30,066 bases of DNA from a virus (lineage: Duplodnaviria; Caudoviricetes), in the IMG/VR virus record IMGVR_UViG_3300027653_000041, positions 1 to 30,066 of that record, one strand, 5' to 3'. Position numbers and translations under genes: made by a program. Of this stretch, positions 11,024 through 19,862 are shown piece after piece. The notes beneath the pieces are model-generated. The model was not told where the DNA came from. It did no database searches and saw nothing but the letters and a program-made list of their open reading frames with translations. Position 1 is the stretch's first letter, and each line of letters begins with the position of its first letter.

Positions 11024-11479
11024 TCAGTTAATGAATTTAACCTCAGTGAATATTTCAACTCTAGCCAAGTGAACTCCCTCTCTTACACGATAAGAGTTCC
11101 CGAATCTAGCCTCTGAGCCGCTAAAGCCTTGGGAGTAAAGTCTTTGATATACACTTTCATCAGAAAAGTGATTTTCTATCTTTTGACATATTCTATCTCT
11201 TTGTAATATAGCCTCATTATTACCAGTCGTTATAACTAAAACGAATAAATTAAGTAATTTCCGTTTAACTTTAGTACCTCTTCCAGTGTTTTTTCCTAAG
11301 TGTCCATCTATATTAGCTGAACTCCTGTACCTCACAGAGACTACTGGTTTATCTAAAGTAAACCTCTCGTCGCCTACATTAGGTATCCCTACTGGGAAAT
11401 CTACATCCGGTAAGATATTCCTTAATTCATTTTTGAAAGTTTCGATAGTGGACTCTATGTACCTTTCTTGCTCAAACAT
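11024..11479 (-). CDS. Putative tail terminator/tail completion protein
   Basis: 151 aa; third gene of a head-closure/neck/terminator-like triplet; assignment mainly by synteny and size. Confidence 0.5.
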   Translation of the reverse strand: MFEQERYIESTIETFKNELRNILPDVDFPVGIPNVGDERFTLDKPVVSVRYRSSANIDGHLGKNTGRGTKVKRKLLNLFVLVITTGNNEAILQRDRICQKIENHFSDESVYQRLYSQGFSGSEARFGNSYRVREGVHLARVEIFTEVKFIN

Positions 11480-11499
11480 ATCCTCTCCCCACCCTTTAC

Positions 11500-11991
11500 T
11501 TAATAAAGATAACGCTTAGCACTCTGTCTTTCTATTTTCAAGAACTTATTTCTTTCTTTGTGCAATAACTTTACTAACTCTTTCATCGTATCGTTTATAA
11601 ATGGTCTGTCTGGAATGTTCCCGGAATAATTGAACATCATTGTTGAACCACTCTCTAAATTGTGGGCTTTATCACTCCAAGATGCCCCATCATTAGGTGA
11701 TTTACTTCCTTCATCTATGTAAAATTTATAAGAAATAAAACCGCCAATGTCTTTTATATCTTCCTCCATTGAGCCATGTTCACCCATTATATGACCCGTT
11801 CTTACATAAACTTGAGGTGAATATTTATCATATACTAATGAGGTTATGCAATTTCTGTAGGTTATGGGAGCTTGCTTAAACAATTCAAATACTGGGTCTG
11901 CTGACGCATTCTCCATAACATTCTTATAAGTTCGCAATCGTTTGGATAAAGTTCTCATATTACGATTGCTGTATGCTCTTACGCTAATCAA
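11500..11991 (-). CDS. Putative neck/tail completion protein (HK97 gp10-like)
   Basis: Motifs 'YVRTGH' and 'LESGS...IPDRPFI' resemble the HK97 gp10-like family; synteny. Confidence 0.6.
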   Translation of the reverse strand: MISVRAYSNRNMRTLSKRLRTYKNVMENASADPVFELFKQAPITYRNCITSLVYDKYSPQVYVRTGHIMGEHGSMEEDIKDIGGFISYKFYIDEGSKSPNDGASWSDKAHNLESGSTMMFNYSGNIPDRPFINDTMKELVKLLHKERNKFLKIERQSAKRYLY

Positions 11992-12448
11992 CAGCCTTCA
12001 CCCCTTTAATCACAAAACAATATGGCGTATCCCCATAATACTCTTTGACTCCTAAAGGACTATCAACTCTCCACTTTTGATCCTTGAACGTGAATCTAAG
12101 TTGATCAACTTCCTTTAATTTACTTATGTCGTCATCCAACGAAAACCTAACTATACAATCACCAACAGCTACTCTTCCCCAAGCGTATTCCATTATATCT
12201 TCCTTATGACTCAATACCTTACCCAACCCTTTTAATTTCCAATACCTTTCAACCTTTTTACCACCCTCCCAAACATCATACGTATCATTCCACTCAGCTC
12301 CCTCCCACTCACTCCAAGTAAATTTAAGTTCACTTCCATCTCTGATTATCAAACCTTTTATATCCTTAGAAACAGTATCTGCCACATCTTCGTGAGAACC
12401 AATTTTCCTCAGTTTTCTCGTTTTACCTAACGCCAAATTAATCACCAC
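11984..12448 (-). CDS. Putative head closure/head-tail joining protein
   Basis: Beta-rich 154 aa ORF (true start may be TTG at 12436 after AGGTGGTG); 'GDCIVRF...FTFKDQKWRV' pattern resembles SPP1 gp16-like stoppers; synteny. Confidence 0.5.
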   Translation of the reverse strand: MVINLALGKTRKLRKIGSHEDVADTVSKDIKGLIIRDGSELKFTWSEWEGAEWNDTYDVWEGGKKVERYWKLKGLGKVLSHKEDIMEYAWGRVAVGDCIVRFSLDDDISKLKEVDQLRFTFKDQKWRVDSPLGVKEYYGDTPYCFVIKGVKAVD

Positions 12449-12456
12449 CTTATATT

Positions 12457-12498
12457 AAAATAGGGATAGGCGTTTACGAAAATAAACGACCTACCCCT
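12457..12498 (-). terminator. Rho-independent terminator after the tail chaperone
   Basis: Minus strand GGGGTAGGTCGTTTA-TTTTCG-TAAACGCCTATCCC followed by TATTTT. Confidence 0.65.
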
Positions 12499-12513
12499 TC
12501 CCTAGTAGATTTA

Positions 12514-12705
12514 CTATTCTTTTTCAACATCATTGATTCTTGATTTCCACTCTAGGTCTAGTTGATATTTAGCAATCATCATTTTTTTAACTTCATCAGG
12601 TATTTTATCGAATTCCATTGGATTTATAGAATACTTTTCGCAAAGCTCTAGTAGTATATAATCTTGTGTGACGCCTTCCTCTAACTTACCTGATGGTGCT
12701 AGGAG
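12514..12705 (-). CDS. -1 frameshift extension of the tail assembly chaperone (gpGT-like C-terminal part, ~63 aa)
   Basis: The -1 frame after slippery A AAA AAC is open: LLAPSGKLEEGVTQDYILLELCEKYSINPMEFDKIPDEVKKMMIAKYQLDLEWKSRINDVEKE*. No independent start at its 5' end. Confidence 0.8.
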   Translation of the reverse strand, partial: LLAPSGKLEEGVTQDYILLELCEKYSINPMEFDKIPDEVKKMMIAKYQLDLEWKSRINDVEKE

Positions 12706-13166
12706 TTTTTTGCTTCTTCAATATCACCCTCATAATCGTCCTCATCGTCTCGGAATCCTGAAATCTCAAATCCGACGTCCATAATTCGTGGGATAAATCC
12801 TGCCAGCTCAACCTCAATCATAGCTTTTAGTTGTTCCTCTAACTCACCTTCAGGACGCTCATCTTCAGCTAAGAAGAATAAAGCAAATTCAGCTAATCGA
12901 AGTTGACGGACTTTACCAAGTTGTTCAACATACTTAGGGTCGTCTGGATTTTCAACAATCTTCATACGACCACCTTTTGCTGGCACACGTTTCGTTGGTA
13001 CTGGTGGTTCCATTCCATCGTACTTTCGATTAATTGCTTCCATGGTATTTTGACTAATGGATTCTACCTTGAAACTAATCACTTCGCCACCATCAGTCGG
13101 GAAATCTACCGTCGCTGTCCGTTTAATCTTTTTAACCTTATCCGCAAATTTGTTTAATTTGGCCAT
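12699..13166 (-). CDS. Tail assembly chaperone (gpG-like)
   Basis: 155 aa ORF downstream of tail tube genes, ending GAA GCA AAA AAC TCC TAG (EAKNS*), the typical chaperone frameshift end. Confidence 0.8.
   Translation of the reverse strand: MAKLNKFADKVKKIKRTATVDFPTDGGEVISFKVESISQNTMEAINRKYDGMEPPVPTKRVPAKGGRMKIVENPDDPKYVEQLGKVRQLRLAEFALFFLAEDERPEGELEEQLKAMIEVELAGFIPRIMDVGFEISGFRDDEDDYEGDIEEAKNS
12705..12711 (-). other. Programmed -1 ribosomal frameshift slippery heptamer A AAA AAC
   Basis: X XXY YYZ heptamer in the correct phase, just upstream of the chaperone stop, opening a 63-codon -1 frame. Confidence 0.8.
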
Positions 13167-13187
13167 TCCTAAACCTCTCCTTTTTTA

Positions 13188-13895
13188 TTATATAATTTCT
13201 TTACAAACTCCACTTACAGAAAAGTTGAAGTCACTACTCTCGCTAGACTCTCTTCCGTAATTATTAATGATGCATCTCTTTAGTGTATATAACTCATTTC
13301 CCATCTCATCTATAAACCTTAAATTGAATAAACCTGTTTCTGTGTGAAATTTTTGAATCTCGTCAGAGTTCCACATACCTCCCAGTGACCAGTCATGACT
13401 CTCCAAGTGTGCGTATCTATTAGTCACATTCCCTTTTATATCAACTCGGTTAGAGATTACATGTGCAGTAGTTATATTTAAAGATTCACAAAATAACAAA
13501 TCATTGTCATTCCTAGGAGCAAACAGTTGCCGGTAAAAAACTACTGCGTTGCCCTCGCCAGTAAACGATAGGGTGATGGGTTGTTCGCTTTTATCCACTT
13601 CGAGTAAACTATTCATAAAGATAACTTGACTATTTAATCTGAATGACGCATTGTAAAAATCAAGTATTATCTCATCACCCGACTTCATTTCTTTACTCAA
13701 AGTGGCGCTTCCCACGTCTGTTGACACGGTTAGGCTATCGAATTCTCCTTCTGCTATTTCTATATCTAGCACTCCTAGACGGTTGCTGACACTTTTATCA
13801 TGAATGAATTCGATCTCTTTACCTTCCTTCGCATCATTAGACCACTTTATTTCATCTATATAGACGTATATATCTTCATGCATAAGAGTCAACAT
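13188..13895 (-). CDS. Structural protein, possibly a tail-tube-like paralogue with an insertion
   Basis: N-terminal 'HEDIYVYI' parallels 'HEEIYIGF' of the tail tube; C-terminal 'LYTLKRCIINNYG...DFNFSVSG' parallels the tube's 'NYFHNAYINSPQF...DDTVSASG'. Confidence 0.45.
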   Translation of the reverse strand: MLTLMHEDIYVYIDEIKWSNDAKEGKEIEFIHDKSVSNRLGVLDIEIAEGEFDSLTVSTDVGSATLSKEMKSGDEIILDFYNASFRLNSQVIFMNSLLEVDKSEQPITLSFTGEGNAVVFYRQLFAPRNDNDLLFCESLNITTAHVISNRVDIKGNVTNRYAHLESHDWSLGGMWNSDEIQKFHTETGLFNLRFIDEMGNELYTLKRCIINNYGRESSESSDFNFSVSGVCKEII

Positions 13896-13917
13896 AGCCC
13901 ATCACCACCTATCTTTA

Positions 13918-14478
13918 TTATTGTTCAGGCCACGGAACTTCAATAGTTGATCCATCAGATAGCTCAAAGATGATGTTCGTTCCATCGGACGTGGCTCCCG
14001 TAACGCTTACGCCATCCTTTCCATCTGCACCAGCTGGACCTTGTGGACCTGTATCACCCTTGTCTCCTTTAGGGCCTGTATCGCCCTTGTCTCCTTTAGG
14101 GCCTTTAGAATTTGACCCCGACGGCGCTTTGCGTACATAAGTAACGATTTCACCTTCTTTGGCAGAATGGATAGAGTATCCTATGTTAAGGGGTGAATCC
14201 TTACTTAATGATTCCGTAACAAGACCGTTACCAGAACATCCAATTGATACTCCTGCTCTAATATCTTCTGCAGCTTCAGCTTGCCAAATGTTATCCCCTG
14301 TTATGCTAACGTTTACTTCTTCCCCTTCGGAAATATCTGTCTTAGAGTAAAAATCTGGTTGCTCACTTTCTTTCGCTAATCGAATGCGCACCTCATTGTC
14401 ATCTTCTCTTCCTACTACCGTAAGGCACACTAACCTACCTTTGGAAATATCTTCATGAGCAATAGCTTTTATCTTCAT
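13918..14478 (-). CDS. Virion decoration/fibre protein: cement-like N-terminal domain plus collagen-like Gly-X-Y repeat
   Basis: GPKGDKGDTGPKGDKGDTGPQGPAGADGKDG; N-terminal 'AAEDIRAG...G.GLV...IGYSI.SA.EGEIV' resembles DUF2190-type cement proteins. Confidence 0.7.
   Translation of the reverse strand: MKIKAIAHEDISKGRLVCLTVVGREDDNEVRIRLAKESEQPDFYSKTDISEGEEVNVSITGDNIWQAEAAEDIRAGVSIGCSGNGLVTESLSKDSPLNIGYSIHSAKEGEIVTYVRKAPSGSNSKGPKGDKGDTGPKGDKGDTGPQGPAGADGKDGVSVTGATSDGTNIIFELSDGSTIEVPWPEQ
14048..14101. repeat. 27-bp tandem duplication encoding GPKGDKGDT twice
   Basis: cctgtatc(a/g)cccttgtctcctttaggg x2 with one mismatch. Confidence 0.9.
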
Positions 14479-15002
14479 CCCTCAACAGTGCCCCCCTCAT
14501 CTTTTTCGTGACTTCCGTCGGTTGCATAAAGTAGAGTTGCCCCTGTTCCTTCTCCATCATACATGTATCGCTCTGAATAATCTCCAGAAGCAGAAACTGT
14601 ATCATCGCCATCGTCTGTTCCACCACTAAACTGTGGAGAGTTGATGTATGCGTTATGGAAGTAATTAACTTCTACGATTTCACCAGAGTCGCTAGTTGTA
14701 ACTTGTTTTAATGTGCCAGCTTTTTGTTTAAACATAAAGATTGATACTTGGACACCTGAATATAACTGACTGACCTCAAAGGTATACTCCTTACGACCTT
14801 TCTTTTTGTGTGATTTTACTCGTTTATTGTACTTCTGCATTTCGTTTTCGTTTTCATCGAATGAGAATGCATCATCATAACCTAACTCAATCCATTGTAT
14901 CGCATCTTCGGTTTCAGGAGTTACATCAGTGGACTCATCTGTAAAGAATAACTTCCTATTAAAACCAATATAAATTTCTTCATGACCAGTAAATGAAGTC
15001 AT
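14475..15002 (-). CDS. Major tail (tube) protein
   Basis: 175 aa acidic, beta-rich ORF upstream of the chaperone; 'WIELGY...FSF' and 'NAYINSPQFSG' tube-like pattern. Confidence 0.65.
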   Translation of the reverse strand: MTSFTGHEEIYIGFNRKLFFTDESTDVTPETEDAIQWIELGYDDAFSFDENENEMQKYNKRVKSHKKKGRKEYTFEVSQLYSGVQVSIFMFKQKAGTLKQVTTSDSGEIVEVNYFHNAYINSPQFSGGTDDGDDTVSASGDYSERYMYDGEGTGATLLYATDGSHEKDEGGTVEG

Positions 15003-15016
15003 CTCGATAATTCCCC

Positions 15017-15187
15017 CTATTCTTTTTCTAACTCTTGTCGAACTTCGTTGGCAACATCAAGAATTCTTGTTTTCAGTTTAGCTCTTAATTCTGGCTGACC
15101 CTGAATGAGGTCTACAAAATCCAGTAAACTTACATGAGCCTTCCACAAATATTCCATATTAAATTCTTTATTTGATTCGTCCATCAT
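15017..15187 (-). CDS. Small hypothetical protein (56 aa), not in the ORF track
   Basis: MMDESNKEFNMEYLWKAHVSLLDFVDLIQGQPELRAKLKTRILDVANEVRQELEKE*; ATGA overlap with the upstream gene and fills the gap exactly. Confidence 0.75.
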   Translation of the reverse strand: MMDESNKEFNMEYLWKAHVSLLDFVDLIQGQPELRAKLKTRILDVANEVRQELEKE

Positions 15188-15540
15188 GCAAACCCCCTGC
15201 CCAGTCCAATAATTTTATTCCTTTCTTCTTTCAGCAAGTTGATAGTATCTTGGAAATGTTTACTCATCAACCCGCGGGTAATTTGGATTGCATCATTTTT
15301 GTATGAATATGACTCTCCATCAGCCCATACCTTTAGAGCAGTTACAATGTCAATTAATGTCTCTACAACAATCAATTGTTTATCTCTAGAATCTTCTAAC
15401 GGAAAGTCATAACCATAAGATTCCATGTTATTTCGTATGTGACCTTTTATGTACTCATTATCGAATTCTTGATTCTGTGTATCTAAGTCATCAAGCCTAA
15501 AACGAACTCTATCAATAAGTTCTTCGTAGTGTTTCTCCAT
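15184..15540 (-). CDS. Putative head-tail adaptor protein
   Basis: 118 aa helical ORF ('LIDRVRFRLDD...F') shortly after the capsid gene; resembles gp15/gp6-like adaptors. Confidence 0.55.
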   Translation of the reverse strand: MEKHYEELIDRVRFRLDDLDTQNQEFDNEYIKGHIRNNMESYGYDFPLEDSRDKQLIVVETLIDIVTALKVWADGESYSYKNDAIQITRGLMSKHFQDTINLLKEERNKIIGLGRGFA

Positions 15541-15935
15541 TACTTATCCAACTCATTTGCCCGTTCAATTAATTGGTCTACAGTTTTGTTGTTAATCTCA
15601 TTTTCATTCGCATATTCAATGTACTCATCGATAGTTTCTTTTGCCAAACCTTTTATTTGCGAACGGGCTGTAGAATGGTGCTGTTCAAAGTATTGTTCGG
15701 GAGAAAGTCCTTCTTCTTTTTTCTTTTTTTCAACTTCTTCCTCTTCTCCCTCAATGGTTACTTGATTTCCTATAATATGACTTAGGTTGTTTTTTACAAA
15801 ATCCCATTCCATTTCATTTAAATAAATCCTCTGACCCTTACGTAGAGCAAATTTATTGTGTGGAAAAGCACCCAAGAAATTAATCGTAAACCGCCCGTCG
15901 ACTTTATTAATTAAAACTTTATGTACTTTGTCCAT
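15540..15935 (-). CDS. Hypothetical head-associated protein
   Basis: 131 aa ORF with RBS, immediately after the capsid gene. Confidence 0.6.
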   Translation of the reverse strand: MDKVHKVLINKVDGRFTINFLGAFPHNKFALRKGQRIYLNEMEWDFVKNNLSHIIGNQVTIEGEEEEVEKKKKEEGLSPEQYFEQHHSTARSQIKGLAKETIDEYIEYANENEINNKTVDQLIERANELDK

Positions 15936-16002
15936 CCTATCCTTCCCCTCTCTAACTGACTTTTATATCTGTGTTGATAAAATGATTATTGTTTAGTTAT
16001 AA

Positions 16003-16956
16003 TTATCCTTCGACATCAGGTTTAGTAATTTGAATCATTCCGAAGCGTTCAGGGTATAAAATCGTTAAGCCCATTTCTCTTCGAATTACAATGGATAATT
16101 CATCGTGGTCACCATCAACCACTTCTCGATAGCGTAATTTACCAAAGTCATCGATATGCCCAATCTTTTCACTCATAACAAAGATTTTATCGTTGGAAAT
16201 AACTGGTAAGTTATCCGCATCAGTGAATTGTTCTAACTTAACGATTCGTGCTCCTCGATACATGCCTAATGAACCAGTTCGTTGAATCTCATCTTTCATT
16301 GACTCTGTATGACCATCAAAATCTAAGATTGGTGCAAGAGATTGATGAGTACCTACAATTATAGGTGTACCTCGCTCAGAAACCGTGTATAACATCGCAT
16401 CTAGAGTTTGTTTATCCACAGCGTCAGTTACTTCAGCATATGTTTCGGGTGTCTTTTCTTTTTTACCGATTTCATCAAAAGTCTCATAATAATAATTAGA
16501 ATACTCAGTTAGCAAAGCATCGCGAGCGCCATTCCGTAAGTCTTGCACAGCTGAAATGCGACCGCTCTCTAATTGATCTAGTTGACAAGATGGTCGAACT
16601 GCAAATTGTTCTGGCATGACGGTTACTGTATCTTGGAAGATTTGTGACTTCGGAACGTAACCACCGCGGTCGATTCGATAAGCTCGGAAACGACCTTTAC
16701 GCCTATACTCAACTCGGTCATTGATTTCTCGTTGTTTTACAGGACCAAATAATAATGGTCGAATATCATAAGCCTTCATCTCTTCTTCTAAATCTTCAGT
16801 TACCAGTTGAGCTAGTTCATTTAATCCTTGGGGAGATTTGGCCATTTGGGCAATTCGACGCGATAAATCTTTAGCCTCATCATTATAAATACTAGCATTT
16901 GCATATTTATCTACTAACTCAAAAAACTTTTTTCGTTGTGCTGTTGTGTATGCCAT
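16003..16956 (-). CDS. Major capsid protein (HK97-like fold)
   Basis: 317 aa; follows protease/scaffold and decoration genes; 'GSLGMYRGARIVKL...D.KIFV' pattern typical of this capsid group. Confidence 0.8.
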   Translation of the reverse strand: MAYTTAQRKKFFELVDKYANASIYNDEAKDLSRRIAQMAKSPQGLNELAQLVTEDLEEEMKAYDIRPLLFGPVKQREINDRVEYRRKGRFRAYRIDRGGYVPKSQIFQDTVTVMPEQFAVRPSCQLDQLESGRISAVQDLRNGARDALLTEYSNYYYETFDEIGKKEKTPETYAEVTDAVDKQTLDAMLYTVSERGTPIIVGTHQSLAPILDFDGHTESMKDEIQRTGSLGMYRGARIVKLEQFTDADNLPVISNDKIFVMSEKIGHIDDFGKLRYREVVDGDHDELSIVIRREMGLTILYPERFGMIQITKPDVEG

Positions 16957-16971
16957 CTATTTTTTTCCTCC

Positions 16972-17391
16972 TTAGTAAATTAAAACTGCTACTTCGCCAT
17001 TAGGGAATTTTTGAACAACTTCACCAACTGCATCATTACCATCTGAAGGGGATACAAACTTACCTGCCTCTACAGCAACTTGCTCTCCTTCATTCATTCC
17101 TTGCAAACCTTCTTGATTCCCTAAGATAACAAATTCATAGTCAGTACCAACACCCACTAAGCATCGCTGTCCGGCGGGAATCTCAAGGTTATCAGTTCCT
17201 TGTGTGTTTAATAACCATTTGAAGGCTACACCCTCAAACTCTTCCGAGTTTTGTGCAATTTCTAATTCTTTAGTTGATTGATTACGCTTGACTGCATCAC
17301 CTTGAAGTAGATCAGTTCCAGCCTTATACTCACCGTGTTTTGTTACATTAAAGTCTTTTCGGAAATAAAAAGACACTTTGTTTGTAGCCAT
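16972..17391 (-). CDS. Capsid decoration/cement protein
   Basis: 139 aa Gly-rich beta protein between scaffold and capsid genes. Confidence 0.6.
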   Translation of the reverse strand: MATNKVSFYFRKDFNVTKHGEYKAGTDLLQGDAVKRNQSTKELEIAQNSEEFEGVAFKWLLNTQGTDNLEIPAGQRCLVGVGTDYEFVILGNQEGLQGMNEGEQVAVEAGKFVSPSDGNDAVGEVVQKFPNGEVAVLIY

Positions 17392-17405
17392 ATTGCAACT
17401 CCTCC

Positions 17406-18425
17406 TTATTCTCCAAGTCCTTCTAGGAAATTATTTTCTAAATCAATACTCACATCAGATGCTACAGAAACTTTCTTTTGAGTCTTAGGATTGCGCTTAG
17501 CTGTCTCCAATACGATATTCCAAACCTCATTACTCATTTGACCATACTCTTCCTTTTTAGCTTCTGCCTCATCTTCTTTGAAATCTAAGAACTCTGAAAT
17601 TTCGTTGAATCGACTCTCGCCTTTTGAAGCAATTTCTCGCTTTTTCTCTTTTTTCTTCAACTGACTGATTTCAGAATTAAGTTCATCAATTGTTTCGTTT
17701 GAAGATTTTAAGGATGCTGTTAATGTATCCTTTTCCTTTTCTAATTTCTTGATTAACGTTGCTTGTTCTTCTTTATTATCGTCACTATCCTCCTTACCTG
17801 ATTGGCACGCTGATAAATCCTCTTGTAATTGCTTCACCTTCTCTCGAAGTCTTTCAATCTCTTTTTTGGCTTCTTCTAAATCCATGCCCAATTCCCCTTT
17901 CTTCTTATTTGCTACAGAAACACTTCTTGACCACTCGTTAGCAGGAATGTCAACCGCTGCTGAACCTATAAATTCAACGCCTTCTAACTTTCTAGAGTTT
18001 CCAATCTCGCTAGATTTTTCGTAACTACACTCCATTGAAAATTTCAAATTATCTTGTTCATGTAGTTCGATTAGTTTCATAGCTATCTCATTGAATCTTA
18101 TTTTCCAAACTCTAGCTTTTGCATAAAGATGCTTAATACCATCTTTATCTGAACCCATCCAAGAATCTATATGAGTTCCTATCGCCTTACCGTTGGTCAG
18201 GTTAGGGAAGTTGATTAAATCATGTCCTGTTGGCTCTGATCCCACCATGATAAGTGGTTGATTAATAATTGTTCCTTTAGCGGTTTCGAGTTCTTGAGCC
18301 GTGAATAGCGCCCCATTCCCGTTTGGTATATCTGCTGTAGCTAATATGTAAGTTATGTCTACAAAAGTTTTGGAATTTGATACCTCATAACTCCTAGATT
18401 TTAACTTTTCTACATCTATTTTCAT
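17406..18425 (-). CDS. Prohead protease-scaffold fusion
   Basis: N-terminal protease-like domain (PNGNG, H, 'FSMEC', 'GSAAVDIPA') followed by a coiled-coil scaffold; an internal RBS and ATG (GGGGAATTGGGCATG, MDLEEAKK) suggest a separately translated scaffold. Confidence 0.75.
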   Translation of the reverse strand: MKIDVEKLKSRSYEVSNSKTFVDITYILATADIPNGNGALFTAQELETAKGTIINQPLIMVGSEPTGHDLINFPNLTNGKAIGTHIDSWMGSDKDGIKHLYAKARVWKIRFNEIAMKLIELHEQDNLKFSMECSYEKSSEIGNSRKLEGVEFIGSAAVDIPANEWSRSVSVANKKKGELGMDLEEAKKEIERLREKVKQLQEDLSACQSGKEDSDDNKEEQATLIKKLEKEKDTLTASLKSSNETIDELNSEISQLKKKEKKREIASKGESRFNEISEFLDFKEDEAEAKKEEYGQMSNEVWNIVLETAKRNPKTQKKVSVASDVSIDLENNFLEGLGE

Positions 18426-18434
18426 TCACCCCCT

Positions 18435-19787
18435 TTAAGTTTGCGTAGATGGTTTATTATCTCCACTAGGATTACTGTCATTATGAGAGTCTTTGTCAGT
18501 AGGTCTACCTTCTGACTCCCCGGAACTACTCAATGTACTAGACATAGCTCTTGGTTCAATTTCGAACATTTCATTTTCTTCTGTTATTTTCTCTTGCTCA
18601 ATCTCTAGTAAATGACCATGCGCCTGAGCATAAGTATCTGCACTAATGACCCCATCTAAAAATAGGTTTCTTATAATTTGATGCTGAACTTTTTCCTCAC
18701 TTAATTCTAATTTTCCTAAACTAACCTTCGGGTTATCATTCGGATTTAAACCATTCTCAATAGCTATATCTTCGAATAACTCTTCTAAAGTTTCTATTAA
18801 TTCTGTTCTATTAGATTGTATAATTTGTTTAGCTGATGCCATGCCAGCAGTTGATGATGCATAGGAGCCTTCGCCAGTGAAAATGGAGGGTGTTATTCCT
18901 ATTGAATACATAAGCATTTTAATTGGCACATTAAATTTATCAGGACTAAATACAGAAGTGTCTTTCTCAATCATATTGGCTTCTAGAGTGTGGTTACCAA
19001 CTAACCTACCACTAGTACCTAATGTCTCAATCCTTCTTCGTAACTCTTTTACTTGTTTAGGGGTCGCTGGCCTATTTTCATCGCCTAAAGTAAAAATTAT
19101 TAAACTCTCTATTACTTCATTTATGGAGTGCTTTTCCATATCTAGTAATGATTGTATGTGTTGAATAGGTTCGAATGTAGCTATCGTTTGCGGCTTACCA
19201 TAACGCAAATAACCCTCTCTATCCAACGAACAGTGATATGTCCTTTCGGGAGGTAAAACATATCTACCTAACGAATCAACCTCTAAATCTCTTGGTAGAG
19301 TTAAAGGGTCATTATCGCTATTAAAGAACGATACCGGTCTCCCTCTCTGGTGACCAACAACCTCTACATCAATTGGGTTCAACTGATGCACCCAAACTGT
19401 TTTCCCGCCTTCTCTCTCTCTGTACCAAAATATATTACCTGCTTTATAAAGGTCTGGTATCGATTGCCTTACAACTTTATTTAATTTGGTATTTTTAATG
19501 AAGTCATTAAGGATTTCCTCATTCTCTTCTTCTCCACCCTCAAGAAGTATTTTACCTTGAGTAAATGTGCTGTAAAATTTTATAGCGCTCTTTAATATAC
19601 CAACCTTATCTACATAATAGTGACTCAACCTAACCACGTTATTAAAATTATTTTGAAAATCAGATAGTAACATGTTCGCTTCATATTTCCTTATATTAGA
19701 AGCCGAACTAATAGGTTCGATATGATCGCTAACTTCATATACAGGTGTCTGATAATCACCTTTACTTTTATAAGCTCCTGACTCCAT
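18435..19787 (-). CDS. Portal protein
   Basis: 450 aa directly after terL; 'LRYGKP' motif, 'LFLDGVISADT' and a disordered C-terminus. Confidence 0.8.
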   Translation of the reverse strand: MESGAYKSKGDYQTPVYEVSDHIEPISSASNIRKYEANMLLSDFQNNFNNVVRLSHYYVDKVGILKSAIKFYSTFTQGKILLEGGEEENEEILNDFIKNTKLNKVVRQSIPDLYKAGNIFWYREREGGKTVWVHQLNPIDVEVVGHQRGRPVSFFNSDNDPLTLPRDLEVDSLGRYVLPPERTYHCSLDREGYLRYGKPQTIATFEPIQHIQSLLDMEKHSINEVIESLIIFTLGDENRPATPKQVKELRRRIETLGTSGRLVGNHTLEANMIEKDTSVFSPDKFNVPIKMLMYSIGITPSIFTGEGSYASSTAGMASAKQIIQSNRTELIETLEELFEDIAIENGLNPNDNPKVSLGKLELSEEKVQHQIIRNLFLDGVISADTYAQAHGHLLEIEQEKITEENEMFEIEPRAMSSTLSSSGESEGRPTDKDSHNDSNPSGDNKPSTQT

Positions 19788-19813
19788 ATCAAAACATCAC
19801 CTCCCCCACCTAT

Positions 19814-19852
19814 CTAAATACATTAATGTGATTTGAATAACCTTTTGTATCA
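19814..19852 (-). promoter_or_regulatory. Candidate late promoter motif upstream of portal
   Basis: TGATA-N22-TAATGTATTTAG, shared with sites at 22400 and 23891. Confidence 0.55.
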
Positions 19853-19862
19853 GTACTACAGC

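Noticed and set aside
14475-14496. Possible frameshift fusing the tail tube to the collagen protein at G GGG GGC
   Set aside because: The -1 frame hits TGA (CAC TGT TGA) before reaching the next gene; the G-run is better explained as the RBS.
15940-16000. Weak hairpin after the capsid gene
   Set aside because: AT-rich imperfect stem without a U-tract; not enough to call a terminator.
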